Shown here: piece after piece, positions 47,233 to 57,206 of the stretch
How positions within the stretch are numbered: the stretch's first letter is position 1
Layout: every line of letters begins with the position of its first letter
From: Nemertoderma westbladi
Taxonomy: Eukaryota; Animalia; Xenacoelomorpha
Assembly: GCA_032718475.1 (NCBI GenBank)
Contig: JAUCBJ010006049.1
Span: 1-57,206 of the forward strand
Direction of reading: 5' to 3'
DNA: 57,206 nucleotides
Notes under the pieces: model-generated
Told to the model about the DNA's origin: nothing
Databases searched by the model: none
Seen by the model: the letters and a program-made list of their open reading frames with translations, nothing else
Position numbers and translations under genes: made by a program

Positions 47233-48949
47233 TGTTCGCGCTTTTGAAGACCTTTAGCAGTTTAACCTGCCAAAATTTATATGTCTTTTAGTTAATTAAA
47301 ACACCTTTAGCATACGACAATATTTTATACTAATAAACAAAACATTACCCGAAGCCAGACCATGCGCGATCATTCACCCGATGGATCTACACCCGGGAGG
47401 CTGAATTCGGCTGCTTAAATTTTATTATTGCAGTGTAAGGTTGCAGTGTAAACCTACTGTATTATTCGATTGATCGTTATTAATTAATTTCTGACAGATA
47501 TTATTGGCTTTCGGGAAATATTAACAGTTCCTTTAGGACGTGGCGCTCTATCTATTTAAACAGAACTAGGACTTATACTAAACGCAACGATACTGCTTAT
47601 GATTAAAGTATAAGGCGCATTCTTTAGGAAATGCTTTGTTACCAATCACAATCATGCACACTATTCTGCCGACCGTCAGTAAATTTGATCACACATAAAG
47701 AGAGCAGCAATTGACTCATGTAGGGTCTGCTAAATAACATTAGATTCAATACACACCACATTAATATAAATCGCAATTGTGGGGCGAGCCACGAAGTTGG
47801 CGGAGCCTTAGCGAATTGACACTGTTAGGGGGTGGGTCAATTTATGCAAATAGTTGTCGTCGTCGTCGTCGTTGTCGTCGTCGTCGTCGTTGTCGTCGTC
47901 GTCGTTACGATTTTGACATGTTAATAACTTTGTCGGATTTAAAGCTGCCAAGTTGAAAATTTGTAGGTATCAATATGAGCAAAAGTTGAGATTTTTGAGA
48001 GACTTTCAGACACCATCAGTGCAATGGTCTCCCGCTAGAGGGCCACATGTCTAAACATTAAATGCCCTCCCATTTCTTTGCTTTTAATCCGTTTAAGCTG
48101 AAACTTGGCAGATATGTATTAGACCATTAGCTGTGACTTTCAAAGGAGGCGAATCCATCTGCAGTTCTCCAGTCTGCCGCTAGAGGGCCAACGTGACAAC
48201 GACGACAACTATTTGCATAAATTGACCCACCCCCTAACAGTGTCAATTCGCTAAGGCTTCGCCAACTTCGTGCTGCGCGAAGTCCCCACTTCGTGTTATA
48301 TATAGCCCGTCTCTCTAACCTGTAGTGTATCAAGAAAATTGGGAATTTTGGGTGATTTATCCGTATTCTCCAAAGAGCAATATTTCCATCAACAAATAGA
48401 TACAATTAATAACTGACGGTAAATAACAGTACAAACAATATGATTAATAGTGAGTTAATTAGATCAGATAAGTAATTAGGTCGGATTGATCGGATAACAG
48501 TTTATACTTTCGATAATTTAAGCAGTTTTACTAGAGTTCTTCCCAAAAAGCCGGTGTTATGGCGAAAAAGGGAACACAACAACAGAATCATATAAAATCA
48601 TATGACTACCTGACCATACGAGGATACCAACTACCCTTATTCCCCGAAGCTCCCGTCCAACACAGAGGATGAGCAGTGAGATAGGAAAATTCAGTTCAGT
48701 AGCTCTGGGATAGGTCAAAATCAACGCCCACTCAAATTCTATTGGCCGATACGGACAGCAGGGCTAAGGCAACCTCCCTAAGCTGGTTGGCCGATCGAAC
48801 AGAACCCAGATACTCTCGTACAGCCCATCAGCCAATAAGCTGGTAGCTTGCACTATTTTACCTATAGATCCCTTTTAGAGTATTCTAGCGACCGGGGGGG
48901 AACTGGCCAGCAAGGCAAACGAATCAGTTATCCCACAAAAGCTTTTACA
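47233..48949 (-). repeat. 3' LTR of BEL-2b (contains a 511-bp insertion)
   Basis: PPT GGGAGCGG then TGTAAAAG; ends GCGCGAACA; homologous to 44008-45178. Confidence 0.8.
47779..48289. mobile_element. Palindromic insertion with ~100-bp inverted arms and (GTC)n microsatellite, TT-flanked (Helentron/HINE-like, tentative)
   Basis: GTGGGG..CACGAAGTTGGCG..TTAGCGAATTGACACTGTTAGGGGGTGGGTCAATTTATGCAAATAGTTGTCGTC is inverted at both ends; absent from the paralogous LTR at about 44540. Confidence 0.75.
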
Positions 48950-49027
48950 CCGCTCCCAGAAAATGGGATTTAAGTCTATAAAATATACAAAATCACAGTT
49001 TCTAAAATATAAAAATACTCTAAACAG

Positions 49028-50476
49028 TTAGTCTTTCTTGCGCGGACGGCGTTTACGCAGTTTTTTAAGGCTAGCAAGAGTCCTTTTCTCTTTGGGGCGA
49101 GCCACTTTACAAGGATGGCTATAACTCCTGGGTGAAGGGTGCAATATGATTGCATCAGAAGGTATGGGATTACGATCGGTATATCCGCCGGTCGAAGTAC
49201 CGGGTTGATTGACATCAACGTCCGGGGAGAGGGGTCTAACGGCTTTGAGAGCTCGTTTCAAGACAGCCGCTCTTACGGGTCCTGTACGAGTGGTCTGTAC
49301 GAGGGCCGTGGGTGGACCATAGGTAGTTAGAAACTTCCTTGGTTTAATGGTTCTTTCCAACTCGCGTTCGCGGGCTCGGTACTCGTAAGGCCGTCGATAT
49401 ACTTCCTGTAACTCAGGGTGTGAGTTGACAAATAAGTCTCCATAGGCAGGGTCTTGACGGATAAAGTTTATTAAGTTGTAAGAATGGATGTCACTCGGAT
49501 TAATGCTCCTGAGGAATTTGCGTACATATTTAGTTGAAATACATTCTCCAACGCGCTTCAATAGTTCATAACTTGATAGGCGTGATTTCTGCTCGACGGA
49601 GGCAAACAAATAAGGATGGAACGCATAAACTCCTTCGTAAGCGCGTCCAGGGTAATAGCGATGGCGTGAATCACAATGTAAATCAGCGTTCGCTTCCCAA
49701 GCTCTGATATAACGTAGTACAATCATTTCATCTACGCTCTCTAAATCATGATTAAAGGGACAATCAAAGCTGGAGTGTCCTTTTAATTGACAATGATGGC
49801 ATTGAGTCATAAATTGGGGGCAGACAGCAAAAATGTGCAAGTTATTGAGTCTGTAATACGCGCAATAAATTTCCATCGTCGGTTGTTCGTGGAAATAGGA
49901 ACAGCGGACGTTTGTGTCCATGGGCGTAACATGGTCTCTCGATGCGCATAACCGACAACGTTGCCGAGAAACATAGTTGGCATGGCGATAATCGTACGCA
50001 GTGAGACACTGTGGACCTTGATACCATTCTAGGAGGTAATCGTTGTCGTTGTTCCGGGCGCGATAGGCTGAATCTCCTCAGATTCTAGGCATATTGGTTC
50101 GTCTTCCCAGTCTGTTACGAATATAATTTTCGTGATCTATTCTCGGTTTATCGTTACGACTCCACTGGGTATGATATTTAAATAGAACCATTTCCCTTTC
50201 GGTGTATACATCGTCCGTATCATGTAAATCGATAGGATGGCCGGTAGTTAGGAAGTCCATATACGTACCATTACGATGCGTATAGCGAGCGGTTAATTTT
50301 CGATAGTCCAATTCACGCGTAAGTCGCTCTTGGGACATCGGCGGTTCGATATAACGACCATTGTCCTCCGTAATAGTCGGATCGGCTTCACCGCGTATCA
50401 AGCTATCCACAAACGCTTGTAAAGGTAGAGTATATCGCTCTCTAATACCAAGGTCATCTTCTATCAATTCCGTCAT
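49028..50476 (-). CDS. BEL accessory ORF, ~482 codons with one internal TGA (50078-50080): three Cys/His zinc-knuckle-like motifs and a basic C-terminal tail
   Basis: Listed ORFs 50078-50476 and 49028-49921 are in the same frame and the linker is stop-free (GDSAYRARNN...CRLCASRDHVTP-MDTNVRC); motifs CRLC..H..C, CAYY..H..C, CHHC..GH..C; ends LKKLRKRRPRKKD. Confidence 0.75.
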
Positions 50477-51287
50477 ATCTGCTATCTGAGTTTATTAATA
50501 TCAGTATGAGTTAATATTTAGGCAAGCGGGCGTCGCTGCCTACTAGTCTTTGCCCCCGGACAGTGGGTTTCTCAGCGCCGATGTACCGTTGTCGCGGTGT
50601 TTACGCCAACATGTAGCAACAGCACGACAACGATAACCGGCACAAGTCCCACCACTGTCCGTCCCAAAAGCTTGAATCCACTTGAGGTTATCTCGGTAGA
50701 GTTAGGGCTACTTTACAATTGCGATTAGCTACTGTAAACACACTTTAGTAGTAACATTCACCTATAAACGCACAAATTCCATACAATCATTACTTACTGC
50801 ACACATGCAGGCCATTTGTTCGTTAGTCAGTGTCTTCCAGAATGTCACGTTATTACTATGTATCCTTGGATACTAATAGTGCGCTATGTATCCTCTTAGG
50901 CTACGCAATGGGGCAAGCCTTTTATTGTTCCTTTAACTTGCTTCTAATTCTAGCGTGGGTGTTGCCATGGTGACATTATGGAAAACTAGCGGTAGAATTA
51001 GGGTAATTCTCATGCATACAGATCTGGGATGTTATTTAATAGTAATTCTTTAGTTGTCAATATCCTCTTTATGCATGATTTTATAAATTTTATCGGCTAT
51101 TGACTATATGTTGGAGATTCTCGCACTCTAGTACACTCAATATGAATCTCCGCTCCCATGATCTATTAATTACTGGAAATTTGGGAATGTTATAAATTGC
51201 ACAAAATGACAATTTATGAAATTCATTTGAATATGAATTTAAATTTATTCCCGTGAATTTTATTATTTGATGTTAAATTGACACAAA

Positions 51288-51580
51288 TTTTATTCCAGAG
51301 CATATCTGGGGACTTAGGATCCTTAATTCTATAAAATAGTCCTTCTAAGAATATCGGTAAATACTGCGATATCTTAATTGACTAGAATTTTTTAAAGGAT
51401 CGGGATTTTACAGATTTTAATAAATATTAAATTAATATTTAGGATGAGCACCGATTTATTCCAGAACTTGTCTGGGGACGTTAACCACTGATTCTAGAAT
51501 TTGTCTTTCAAGTATATCGGTGGGTGCCACGATATCTTAATCGACTAGAATTACAGATGGTCAAAAAGTTTAACAGATTT
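51288..51580. repeat. Diverged ~166-bp tandem duplication in the BEL-2b inter-ORF spacer
   Basis: TTTATTCCAGA..TCTGGGGAC..ATATCGGT..GATATCTTAAT.GACTAGAATT occurs at about 51288 and 51455. Confidence 0.75.
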
Positions 51581-52124
51581 ATTTGCGATTTACGCTACTG
51601 TTAGAGGGACATCACGCTACTATATGTATTATTTGTTATAAGGTAGAAGAGCAATATCGCACGAAGCAATGTCAGTGTGAAGAGGCAAGTCGTTTCCAAG
51701 GTCTACCCAGAGCTTGGTTTACCTGAGACACGAGGATCTGAACTTTGCATTCCTAATACTCTGCCTACCAATAATACTTAAATATAGTAGTGGCTTTATT
51801 GTACTTTAATAAGTACTGACATGTCATCTTACTATAGTCTCGCATTTATAATATAATACGGACAGTAAGGAAAGAGAAAAATAATTATTTCTTGCCGTCG
51901 CACTAAATATATTGTAAGTAATTAAATACGTAATAAACACTAATATATTGCACTAATTTACTAAATATTCTAAAATAACATTCTACTAAATAAAATTAAA
52001 GAAAACGATTATAATAAAATTACATAATAATACATACATAAATATAAAATAAAAACAAATATAAAATGATATAGTCACACGCCCACTCCATATGTTATTA
52101 CGTTATGGAGTCCCTAGATATTTG

Positions 52125-55100
52125 TCAGATTAGGGAAGTGGTCGTAGGAAGAGTATCTTGCCTTCCATAGTTTCCGGACAGTTTTCGGTCTCTTTCCAGT
52201 AAACATAAACGACTAGCTGGGCGATTGAGTCGTTGTGTTACTTTCTCCGCTCCCTTGGCCTGTCTAATTTCTGCCGTGGTAAGATGAGGAGGCCATTCTT
52301 CTTCTTTACTTAAGGAGTCGGATCCACCTAACCAGCCTGGAGTATCTATCAGTTCTTGAGGAGTTGCTCCTCTGGAAGCGATGTCGGCTGGATTAATCGT
52401 CCCAAGGCAATGTCTCCATTGATCTACATTGGAGTTAATATCGTCATTATCTGAGGAGTATGGTGTTCCCTCAGTTGGATCGTCCACATCACTGCTCTCC
52501 ACTTCCCCCTTTACTTGGTATACCTGTTGTTGAGGTAATCTCTCTTTGAGAGTTCTACGGGAAGGGCCAGTGAAGTACCAACCTACTCTAGTTCTTACCG
52601 CATAGGTTTGTAGTGGCTGCGGTTGAGCAGGCCGTTTCTCTAATGTTTCGAGCGCCTCGTGCGCGTTTTGGCCGATGAGTATTTGCACTCCCGGATAATC
52701 TGTCTGGAATCGAGGTATCTTAAGATGTTGGATGCTCTCATCTTCGTCCCAATTATAAAGGTCTGCTTGAGTAGTAGCAAAGTTCTTTATAGCCACCATT
52801 TTTACTGACCTTATACCTTGTGTTCCTAACTTATCCTGGGGGGTGGACAACACACCTACATAGTAATCTGCCGTTAGGGTAGATTTCCAAACCTGCATAA
52901 TTCCTGACATATTCAATTTAGTCCGGAACTTGGGTTGTCCAGCAAAGATATCTTCGGCTAGTTCTTGATCGATGAATGTTCCTGTGCTGCCGGAGTCAAG
53001 GAGGGCGTTCACTATGTAGCTTTTGTTAAGACCGTGAACTCTTACTTGAACTACAGGAAATTCTCTGATTCCTACGTTGGAAGCTGGAGCTTTCCAAGAT
53101 GGTTGTTTGGCGAAAGTAGTTGGGGGAAACTCATCGTTGATGTCCTTTTCGTAAGTAAGTGCTCGATACACGGTGGTATTGATTAGATAACAGGATTCGT
53201 TGGCGTCGGAGAATTCGTCAGTATAGAATCCTTCCATCTCAGACTCCTGATCAGTGTCGTTTACATCACTGAATTGGACATGTAGTTCGGACTCACTTAC
53301 CTGACTCTGCTTGTCTCGTTCGAACTCACTATGTAACAAGATGTGATGTTTCGCACCACACTTTTCACACTTTATGTCGGAGTAACAGGTTCGCCGTTGG
53401 TGTCCTGGTCTGAGGCAATTATAGCATAACCGCTTGTCCCACACAACTGTACGTCTGTCTACAAGGGATTTCTTTAGAAATTCCGCACACGCACTCAAAC
53501 GGTGGGTCCCGTCGCACAGTGCACAGTTAGGTTTTATGTTACTTACTTTACCTTGGGTAGTTTGATGCACTCTCGTTCTTTCTTCGGGCTTTCTTCCGCG
53601 CATTCTGCTAGGAGACTGAGGAGGGGTCTTAGCAACCTGTTCTCTCCTATTGTTGGTTCGAGCCTTGTATTTACTTACGTCCTTGGAGGTTTTGTCAACA
53701 TAGTAAGATCGTTGGGTGTCTTTCCCGCTGTCTTCTTCTTGAGAAGCTTGGCTTTCGCCGTCGTCAGTGTAACACACCGGTGTTACTCTTCTCCTAGAAG
53801 TGGGTTTCTCACTTACCTTATTTTCTGATGTTTTCTCTCTGGACTGCTTGATGAGTTGTAGTTTTACTTCACCATCTAAGAAAGACATGAGATCAGCCAT
53901 GGTAGGACTTCGTCGTTGTTGTTCATTCATGTACAACACTTTCTTGTCCCAGCGTGTACATACTCCACCCTTTGGTAAAGTAGAGACTACGGCTCCAATA
54001 ACCATGGAACTCTGATATTCATGCGACTTACCTAACCAGTCCAGTTGTCTACAGATCTCTTGAATTTCATCGGAAAACTCTATAATCCCGCTACTAAGGA
54101 AGTGTCGGGGGGCTACTAATTTTGCATACAAATACTTAGCTATGTTATCTTTGTTACCATACCTGATGTTTAGTGTATCCCAAACTTGTCTTAATCCATC
54201 TGGATGTCCAATAAACTTTAACGCCATTAACTTGGGAGGTCCTTCCAAGCACTTGATGAGGAATCTAAGTTTCTCTCCGTTAGATAGTACAGAGTTCTGT
54301 ATGCTATCTTTGTAATATTCGTTGAAAGGTAACCATTTCATCTCATCTCCATTGAATTTGACGATCTCTCCCACTTTGACCGCTTGGCGGGCTTCTGTTC
54401 TAGCCATCTGACGCGTAAAGCTTTCTTGAGCCATCGTGTTATTTAATATCGAATTATCGGTATATAAATTTCTCGGATCATTATCAGGTCTATAGGGAAT
54501 ATCATTAATAACAGGTCTATAATCACCCTTAATAGGGTTTGCTATAGGAGTTTCTACTTCACTAGCAGTATAGATGCGTGTAGGCTCCACACCTTGCGCA
54601 TGTAATACTTCAGACCTAACAGGTTGACACAATGTTACAGGGGGTATTGGTATGCCCTTTTGTATATTGACTAATTTGTCGCGTTCTAGCGCGATACTTT
54701 GCTGCACTTCTTGCAACTCTGCTCTACCTTCCCTCACTGTTCCCTTAAGTTGGTGGACAGTCTCCTGCATCTGTCCTAGCAGGAGATTCATCCCCCGCCG
54801 TCCCTCTTCCACCCACTCAACCGCCGAAGCGGGAGTCGCCAACATAGTAGCGGGCTGAAGCGGGACGACGGGAGACAAATTTTTGATTTCTCTCTCTGCT
54901 ATCTGGACAGGGATATTCTCTTGGACTGTTCCACCGGGTGCAGGCAGTGTAGTACTATGTAAAGGGAATTTAGAGTTAAGCTCTGGAAGTACAGGGGTCT
55001 CTAACACAGAAGTGACTTTGGGAACGACAGGCTTAATTACTTCAGGTTCATCAACTATTGTAGGGAGTCTTTTGACCTTAATACTTTGGGCTGTAGGTTC

Positions 55101-56741
55101 TACACTACTCAAGTCTGTGCTAGCTAGCTGTCTTCTAACAGCTGGGGGCAAATCAGGCAATTTGCGACGGTAAGATGTTTTTCTACGCCTACTTAGATGA
55201 GATCTATTTCCTCCGCCTTCAGGATCGGTAGTCTCGCCTTCCTCCGAGGATGTGTATCCCTGGCGCTTGGGAGTAGATTTTCTCATCATCTGCATTTGAT
55301 TAGCAGTAAACTGTTTATTTATACTGTCTTGCGTCTCTTGCAGATTCTCCAACTCCAATTGGATAGTCTCCTCAGAAGCTCTACGTTCTGCTTCTGCCAC
55401 TGCTGCCTTTCTTTCTGCTTCTGCTTCTGCCGCCTTTCTTTCGGCTTCTGCTTCTGCTTCTGCTACTGCTGCTTTTCCTTCTGCTTCTGCTTTTGCCGAC
55501 TTTCTTTCGGCTTCTGCTTCTGCCGCCTTTCTTTCGGCTTCTGCTTCTGCCGCCGCTGCTGCTGCCACCTTTCTTTTCTCTATCCATTCTTTCTTTACTT
55601 GTTCTTCTCGGACTCTAGTGAGGCGGAGTTTTTCATCACATTCAGCTTGGTTTGCAGCTAACATTTCCGCATCGATTGAGTCCAACACAAGCTTAGTTCC
55701 TTCACTATTAGGGGAAAGTCCAGACAGCCGTCTCCTCAACTCTTCGTCTCCTAGGAATCGCTGATAGTCGGACAAATAAATGTCGATAGCGTCTCTAGTT
55801 CGCGGCTTCTCGGCGGTCTCTTCGCTTTCCGCTTGAGAAAGGGTGACATCAGTTTGTTCTTCATGGGGTGATCTCTCAGCCAGCTGGGATTTCCACTGAG
55901 CCGTTTCCTGCACTTTGAGATCTACCCGATGTAACCAAGTTTTGACAGCAACCTGTAGCGACGTGTCCTGTCTTCTTTTGGAAGTTTCCTCAAAGGCTGA
56001 GAGGATTAGTCGTATGCGTAGGGTTCTTTCGCGTATTTGGTATAGCAGCTCTTCCTGCTCTTGAGGTCCTTGAAGTTGTCGAAACAGTTGTTCTTCCAAT
56101 CGCTCCAAGGAGCCGAAGAATCCCTGCACATACCCTGCTGCCGACCTCTTCCAAACAGCTGGATCCATTGTATCTTTAGCCACTCCCATCCGGTGTATAT
56201 CTTCCCAAGTAGCCTCGGACAGATCCAACGGGAGTCCGAGTCCGGGAAAGTTCCATTGTGACTCGACAATAGACATCAATTCTTCCCTGGCGTATCCCGC
56301 ATAATTATCTTGGGTCGCTCGCTTATTCCTCGCCCAATCGGCTTGATGTTCCTCTACCGCAATGAATATAGTAGTTAGCACTGCAGCAGGAAGGGTAAGA
56401 AGGGGGTCCGAGTAGACTGTAGCAGCCATCTGCACTCCGCGTTCGGGGGTCAGCTCTACAGTATCCAAACTACTGGAGCTATCGGGTCGCTGGGAAGTAG
56501 GTTCTTGACCAAGATGTTGCTGCGATAGGACAACTGCCTCTTGGTTCCGTTTGACCTGTGCCCGAGTGCCTATAATGGACCTATGGTGGATCAGCCTAGG
56601 GTCTGATACTACTGGAGGGATGACCTTTCTTGCAGTAGGAGGTGAGCTGAACTCTTTTCTTAATCGCTCCACACTCCTATCTGTGTCACAGATGGTTGTA
56701 TCGATCAGACTGTCTGACAGGTTTTGCTGAGTGTCAGACAT
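52125..56741 (-). CDS. BEL/Pao Gag-protease polyprotein, 1538 aa, with RT, most of RNase H and the integrase core deleted in frame
   Basis: KFNGDEMKWLPF..EKLRFL..CL.GP (BEL gag); Zn knuckles CALC..H..C, CYNCL..GH..C, CEKC..HHILLH; protease LLDSGSTGTF and ILIG; then only WRH..NPADIASRG..W..EEWP and RPASRLCLLE remnants. Confidence 0.92.
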   Translation of the reverse strand: MSDTQQNLSDSLIDTTICDTDRSVERLRKEFSSPPTARKVIPPVVSDPRLIHHRSIIGTRAQVKRNQEAVVLSQQHLGQEPTSQRPDSSSSLDTVELTPERGVQMAATVYSDPLLTLPAAVLTTIFIAVEEHQADWARNKRATQDNYAGYAREELMSIVESQWNFPGLGLPLDLSEATWEDIHRMGVAKDTMDPAVWKRSAAGYVQGFFGSLERLEEQLFRQLQGPQEQEELLYQIRERTLRIRLILSAFEETSKRRQDTSLQVAVKTWLHRVDLKVQETAQWKSQLAERSPHEEQTDVTLSQAESEETAEKPRTRDAIDIYLSDYQRFLGDEELRRRLSGLSPNSEGTKLVLDSIDAEMLAANQAECDEKLRLTRVREEQVKKEWIEKRKVAAAAAAEAEAERKAAEAEAERKSAKAEAEGKAAVAEAEAEAERKAAEAEAERKAAVAEAERRASEETIQLELENLQETQDSINKQFTANQMQMMRKSTPKRQGYTSSEEGETTDPEGGGNRSHLSRRRKTSYRRKLPDLPPAVRRQLASTDLSSVEPTAQSIKVKRLPTIVDEPEVIKPVVPKVTSVLETPVLPELNSKFPLHSTTLPAPGGTVQENIPVQIAEREIKNLSPVVPLQPATMLATPASAVEWVEEGRRGMNLLLGQMQETVHQLKGTVREGRAELQEVQQSIALERDKLVNIQKGIPIPPVTLCQPVRSEVLHAQGVEPTRIYTASEVETPIANPIKGDYRPVINDIPYRPDNDPRNLYTDNSILNNTMAQESFTRQMARTEARQAVKVGEIVKFNGDEMKWLPFNEYYKDSIQNSVLSNGEKLRFLIKCLEGPPKLMALKFIGHPDGLRQVWDTLNIRYGNKDNIAKYLYAKLVAPRHFLSSGIIEFSDEIQEICRQLDWLGKSHEYQSSMVIGAVVSTLPKGGVCTRWDKKVLYMNEQQRRSPTMADLMSFLDGEVKLQLIKQSREKTSENKVSEKPTSRRRVTPVCYTDDGESQASQEEDSGKDTQRSYYVDKTSKDVSKYKARTNNRREQVAKTPPQSPSRMRGRKPEERTRVHQTTQGKVSNIKPNCALCDGTHRLSACAEFLKKSLVDRRTVVWDKRLCYNCLRPGHQRRTCYSDIKCEKCGAKHHILLHSEFERDKQSQVSESELHVQFSDVNDTDQESEMEGFYTDEFSDANESCYLINTTVYRALTYEKDINDEFPPTTFAKQPSWKAPASNVGIREFPVVQVRVHGLNKSYIVNALLDSGSTGTFIDQELAEDIFAGQPKFRTKLNMSGIMQVWKSTLTADYYVGVLSTPQDKLGTQGIRSVKMVAIKNFATTQADLYNWDEDESIQHLKIPRFQTDYPGVQILIGQNAHEALETLEKRPAQPQPLQTYAVRTRVGWYFTGPSRRTLKERLPQQQVYQVKGEVESSDVDDPTEGTPYSSDNDDINSNVDQWRHCLGTINPADIASRGATPQELIDTPGWLGGSDSLSKEEEWPPHLTTAEIRQAKGAEKVTQRLNRPASRLCLLERDRKLSGNYGRQDTLPTTTSLI

Positions 56742-56814
56742 GTTTAGCTATACAGTTGAATGTCTACTGCTATAGTTACAGTTAAAGCAAGTCTAGTAAT
56801 TCAGTATGACCGCT

Positions 56815-57100
56815 GGCCTAGTACCGGTAATTTATTGCAGTATAATAGAATACCGGTATGCACTTATAATATATATAAGTATTGTAAACTAGGTTTGTCA
56901 CAGAGTACCGGTATATAAATTTAGCACAGATATATATAAATATATAATAGGCCTATCGTGAATACCGGTATACAGCTTACACTGATAGGATATATAAGTA
57001 TAATTATGGACTAGAATCAAGTACAGAGTACCGGTATGATTTCAGCTCAAATTTATAGAAATAAATATAATAAGCCTACGGTAAATACCGGTATGTCAAT
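56815..57100. repeat. Degenerate ~60/123-bp repeats with TACCGGTA cores in the BEL-2b leader
   Basis: TACCGGTA at about 56822, 56851, 56906, 56963, 57029 and 57087; ACAGAGTACCGGTAT recurs about 124 bp apart. Confidence 0.6.
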
Positions 57101-57206
57101 TATTTTAGAATAATTGAATTGCTGAATATTTTAGGGTTACTTGGTTACTTTAACTTACTTTATTACCGTTATTTAAGCAGTAGTCCAACTGATTTTGAGA
57201 CCTAGT

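Larger units (their letters stand above)
47233..57206 (-). mobile_element. BEL/Pao LTR retrotransposon BEL-2b (non-autonomous, with extra ORF); 5' end lies beyond the window
   Basis: Order on the minus strand: repeat-rich leader, gag-pro ORF, spacer, accessory ORF, PPT, LTR. Confidence 0.88.

Noticed and set aside
55197-55661. Cys/Phe-rich and SR-rich ORFs
   Set aside because: Alternative frames of the AEAEAERKAA repeat in BEL-2b gag

Overview
AT-rich invertebrate (metazoan) genomic DNA. It holds one clear host gene, an uninterrupted GC-rich clathrin heavy chain CDS (4785-9848, minus strand); most of the rest is transposon-derived. From 11.4 to 26.3 kb there is a deeply nested stack of non-autonomous DNA transposons with readable TIRs and TSDs: MULE-like (9-bp TSD), hAT-like (8-bp), a TA-TSD element, and three different CAGTC...GACTG elements with 5-bp TSDs. 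That stack also contains a CRE-type retrotransposon 3' end that reassembles in frame. From 27 to 31 kb there are several LINE RT fragments. From 31.2 to 38.6 kb lies a decayed BEL/Pao LTR element with an array of GAAA-tetraloop hairpins and an RTE LINE inserted in its pol. From 44 to 57 kb lie two related BEL/Pao copies. The larger has an open gag-protease ORF whose RT, RNase H and integrase are deleted in frame. It also carries an extra ~482-codon triple zinc-knuckle ORF with a basic C-terminal tail in the env position, whose C-terminal part is conserved in the second copy. Top candidates for novelty are that BEL accessory ORF, the hairpin array, the CAGTC/5-bp-TSD transposon group, and a pervasive templated-insertion mutation signature. 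All alignments were done by eye and no database searches were run.
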